Of a stretch of DNA of 64,000 nt, positions 61,385-64,000 are shown piece after piece. The stretch is taken from contig JAZKBR010000007.1 of assembly GCA_040388535.1 (NCBI GenBank), positions 4,862-68,861 of the forward strand, read 5' to 3'. The position numbers were made by a program, and so were the translations under genes. The number at the start of each line of letters is the position of its first letter. Within the stretch, counting starts at the first letter, position 1. This DNA comes from Gemmatimonadota bacterium (GTDB lineage: Bacteria > Gemmatimonadota > Gemmatimonadetes > Gemmatimonadales > GWC2-71-9). Under the pieces are notes generated by a model. That model was not told the DNA's origin, ran no database searches, and saw only the letters and a list, made by a program, of their open reading frames with translations.

Positions 61385-62491
61385 TCAACGCCTCGGAGTG
61401 TCGTAGACGGCCACGCTCTGGACACCGTCCGCATCCGTCCGCAGCACCAGCACCTGTTGATCGTTGCCGCCGAGGACCTTTGCGGTAGCAGGCAGCGCAA
61501 CCCGCCCGATGAGGGTCTCATGCCGCGCATCCACGATCCACCACGACGCGAGCGAGTCCTGCGGCTGCCGGAACTCCTGGAACCAGACATTGCTACCTAC
61601 AGCGACCGCGCGTTGCGCAACACCCTGCCGCTCCACCATCGGGAAATCCGACCCGAACATCAGGCGGATCTTCCGCACCCATTGCGGGTCGGGAGCCTTC
61701 TCGGCGGCAATCATCGCATCCCCATAGACCTTCGCGCGTTCGCGCCCGGTCACGGGCTTGATCGGCAGGGTGACACTGCCGCGAGTTCCGTCGGCGTGCA
61801 GGAGCGCGACGCGCGCTTCACCCAGCGTGAGTAGCGCGATCTTTCCCGCTGCCGATTCAACGAGAGACTCCCCCAGGAACGGGGTCGCGTACGAGGCCGA
61901 GCCGCTCTTCTCGCCGTAGAAATAACTGTAGGTCCACGGATGCTGGCCGAGAGAGGTGCGAGTCGTGCCGTCGGCGGCGAAGAGCGCGACGGTGTTGAGA
62001 TAAACGCCGTTCCGCGGTTGCTTGTCGTAGACGCGCACCGTCGCGACGTAGCCCGAAGGCGACTTGATCGACTCGAGCGAGACCAGACCTTTCAGACCTG
62101 GAGGCGCCTCAGGAGAAAACGACCGGATCACCGTGCCGTCGGCTCGCCAGAGCGTGATCCGAAGCAGGAGCCCGTCCCAGGTGACGATGGTGTCGCCGAA
62201 CGTGGTGAGCCGGTCGAGGCCACCAAAGTCACCCGGCCCCGCCCCGGCCCGGCCGAAGCGCTTGTCCACTGTTCCGCGTCGATTCAGGATGACCACGTTC
62301 GATGTGCCGGCATTCGCGATGGCGATGCGACCGTCCGGCAGGAGGCCGGCACCGCGGACCCGGTCGAGCTCAAGCTGGTCGGTGGTGAACCGCGGCTTGC
62401 CGAGAGTGAGGGTGGGCGCGCCGCCCTGACCTGCGAGTGCAACCGGGATCGCCATCAGGAGACCGGTCACGAGATGCCGAATGGCCCGCAC
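61385..62491 (-). CDS. secreted 6-bladed beta-propeller protein (paralogue type of 1703..2950)
   Basis: 368 aa with a signal peptide and the blade motif GAGPGDFGG. Confidence 0.7.
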   Translation of the reverse strand: MRAIRHLVTGLLMAIPVALAGQGGAPTLTLGKPRFTTDQLELDRVRGAGLLPDGRIAIANAGTSNVVILNRRGTVDKRFGRAGAGPGDFGGLDRLTTFGDTIVTWDGLLLRITLWRADGTVIRSFSPEAPPGLKGLVSLESIKSPSGYVATVRVYDKQPRNGVYLNTVALFAADGTTRTSLGQHPWTYSYFYGEKSGSASYATPFLGESLVESAAGKIALLTLGEARVALLHADGTRGSVTLPIKPVTGRERAKVYGDAMIAAEKAPDPQWVRKIRLMFGSDFPMVERQGVAQRAVAVGSNVWFQEFRQPQDSLASWWIVDARHETLIGRVALPATAKVLGGNDQQVLVLRTDADGVQSVAVYDTPRR

Positions 62492-62538
62492 GAAGCTCTC
62501 CGTTGACAGGGAGTACGTCCTCTGTTTCTGCTGCGCCG

Positions 62539-63396
62539 CTAGCGCCGCGCGAGCCAGGTGAGCACCGCCGTCTGCAGCGCGATGCGCTTGTCGGACCAGG
62601 AGTGATCGGTCGGCTGATGCACCGTCGTGACGCGGGTATTTCCCAGTGCACGCATGCGCTTCACGAGCGGATCAGTGTGCGCCGCCAGCCCGTCGTCGGA
62701 CGTCAACACCAGCATCGGGAGATGAGCCAGGCCTTGAGGTGCAGTATCGAATCGCCAGCGTGCCGCACCGGCATTGAGTTCCTCGGCCATACTCAGCGCA
62801 GTGACCCCCGATAGTGACTCCATATTGTCGGCCATCTCGACTGCCAGTGAGTCGCGCCGCACGGTGCCGTAAAGACCCATGTCAGCCGCAGAAATCAGGA
62901 TGGCGCCACGTAGTTCCGGGTGGTGAGCGGCGGTGAGCGCCGTGACCCAGCCGCCCATGCTGTGACCGGCGATGACGATGCGCCGTGCATCAATGCCAAG
63001 CAGCCGAGCATTGGTTGAATCCCGCACAAACGCGAGCACCGCATCGGCATCCTCGAGATTACCACCGAAACGGAACTCGCCCGGACTGCCCCACGACCCG
63101 CGGTAGTTCACGGTGATGGCGTTCCACCCGGCACGCCGGACTGCCTGGGCCAGATCGAGGTTCTTTTCGTTGCCGGGGAGCCCGTGAAAGAACACGAACG
63201 TGGGGTGCCTGCCAGCGCCCGAGGCCAGATAGGCGACCCCGTTGATCTTCACGCCGCCTGAGGGGATATGCAGCACCTCCATGCGAGCTGGATGGGCACG
63301 ATCGCGCGGTGGATCGGCACTGATCGCCCGCGGCGCCTGTGCGGAGAGGGACGACACCGTGAGCGTTACGACAGTCAGACCAAGGAATGCTCGCAT
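62539..63396 (-). CDS. secreted alpha/beta hydrolase (dienelactone-hydrolase/S9-like)
   Basis: ATG at 63396 follows GAGGAG. Signal peptide and nucleophile elbow GHSMGGW. Confidence 0.8.
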   Translation of the reverse strand: MRAFLGLTVVTLTVSSLSAQAPRAISADPPRDRAHPARMEVLHIPSGGVKINGVAYLASGAGRHPTFVFFHGLPGNEKNLDLAQAVRRAGWNAITVNYRGSWGSPGEFRFGGNLEDADAVLAFVRDSTNARLLGIDARRIVIAGHSMGGWVTALTAAHHPELRGAILISAADMGLYGTVRRDSLAVEMADNMESLSGVTALSMAEELNAGAARWRFDTAPQGLAHLPMLVLTSDDGLAAHTDPLVKRMRALGNTRVTTVHQPTDHSWSDKRIALQTAVLTWLARR

Positions 63397-63438
63397 CCGG
63401 ATCTCCTCAAAGTGGGTTTCCATTCCTGCTGCACACCT

Positions 63439-63966
63439 TTAGAACACGATTCTCACGCCCGTGCCGATGCCATCGCCATCACCGGCGATCGGCTTCCCGG
63501 CCTTGTCGAATATCGTCAGCTTGATTGTTGAGGTGTACGATTGCGCATCCTCGGACAACGTGATCGTCTCGGTGAGGACTCCGTGACCAGCCGGCCACCA
63601 ATCGCCACCCTTGACTGCAGCATCACCTGAATCCGGCGTCGCCGTCGTGAAGAAGAGGTATTTCGTTTCGAAGGTTCGTGGCTTGACCGCTTTCCAGACA
63701 CCATACGCCGGCGGCGAGGAGTTCGCGGCTTCGTCGTAATTGGACGACTCGGTCATGGTGCCGCCCGCGTTGTAGGCATACAGGAACTCGAGATTCTTCA
63801 TCCCGGCCAACGGGCCAGTTCGAAAGGCAATCGTCGAGCGCCACGCTCCGACGAGCGTGCTGGCATCAACGGACGCGGCAGGCTGCGCGGAAGGGCCGTT
63901 CCTGCAACCAGCGATCAGGAGAACTGCAACAAGGGCAACGAGCCGGGACGGTACGCCGAGATTCAC
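63439..63966 (-). CDS. hypothetical lipoprotein
   Basis: 175 aa with lipobox LIAGC. Confidence 0.6.
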   Translation of the reverse strand: MNLGVPSRLVALVAVLLIAGCRNGPSAQPAASVDASTLVGAWRSTIAFRTGPLAGMKNLEFLYAYNAGGTMTESSNYDEAANSSPPAYGVWKAVKPRTFETKYLFFTTATPDSGDAAVKGGDWWPAGHGVLTETITLSEDAQSYTSTIKLTIFDKAGKPIAGDGDGIGTGVRIVF

Positions 63967-64000
63967 TTGGGCTCCATTTGCGGTGCGGGATTTACGGGCC

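Noticed and set aside
1-64000. Mobile element, prophage, genomic island boundaries or classical defence system
   Set aside because: I recognised no integrase, transposase, recombinase, tRNA attachment site, phage structural gene, restriction-modification gene or known defence gene, and no terminal inverted or direct repeats flanking any block.

Overview
GC-rich chromosomal segment (third codon positions almost all G/C) with about 75 supportable protein-coding genes. I recognised no rRNA, tRNA, transposase, integrase, phage gene or CRISPR/cas. Gene content points to a diderm soil bacterium, possibly Gemmatimonadota or an FCB-group relative; this is inference only. The evidence is outer-membrane barrels ending in Phe, a GLPGLI protein next to a CarboxypepD_reg barrel, Gmad2 and CBM9/DUF5916-like proteins, and many Tat and lipoprotein signals. 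Most genes are stress, detoxification or signalling accessory functions: 5 VOC/glyoxalase, 4 GNAT, 5 alpha/beta-hydrolase, 3 ArsR-SRPBCC modules, 3 DUF1801-like, peroxiredoxin/DsbA and Mug. There are also three toxin-antitoxin-like pairs. Items worth a second look: (1) a phase-locked array of 22 consecutive 21-bp units (84-bp super-repeat) at 4632-5092, in a divergent intergenic region. (2) A KaiA-less kaiC-kaiB-kaiB operon coupled to a PAS hybrid histidine kinase and a second sensor kinase (26791-32385). (3) A recurring -35/17/-10/6/ATG geometry that implies leaderless transcripts for several small regulators, three with palindromic operators. (4) A membrane Ser/Thr kinase with an FGE-sulfatase ectodomain that runs off the left edge. 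(5) Smaller oddities: a lipoprotein gene split by a frameshift at a C6 tract, a FixJ-like regulator lacking the phospho-acceptor Asp, a beta-lactamase-fold protein with degenerate catalytic motifs, and a gene with no canonical start codon. All family names come from reading the translations from memory; no database search was run.
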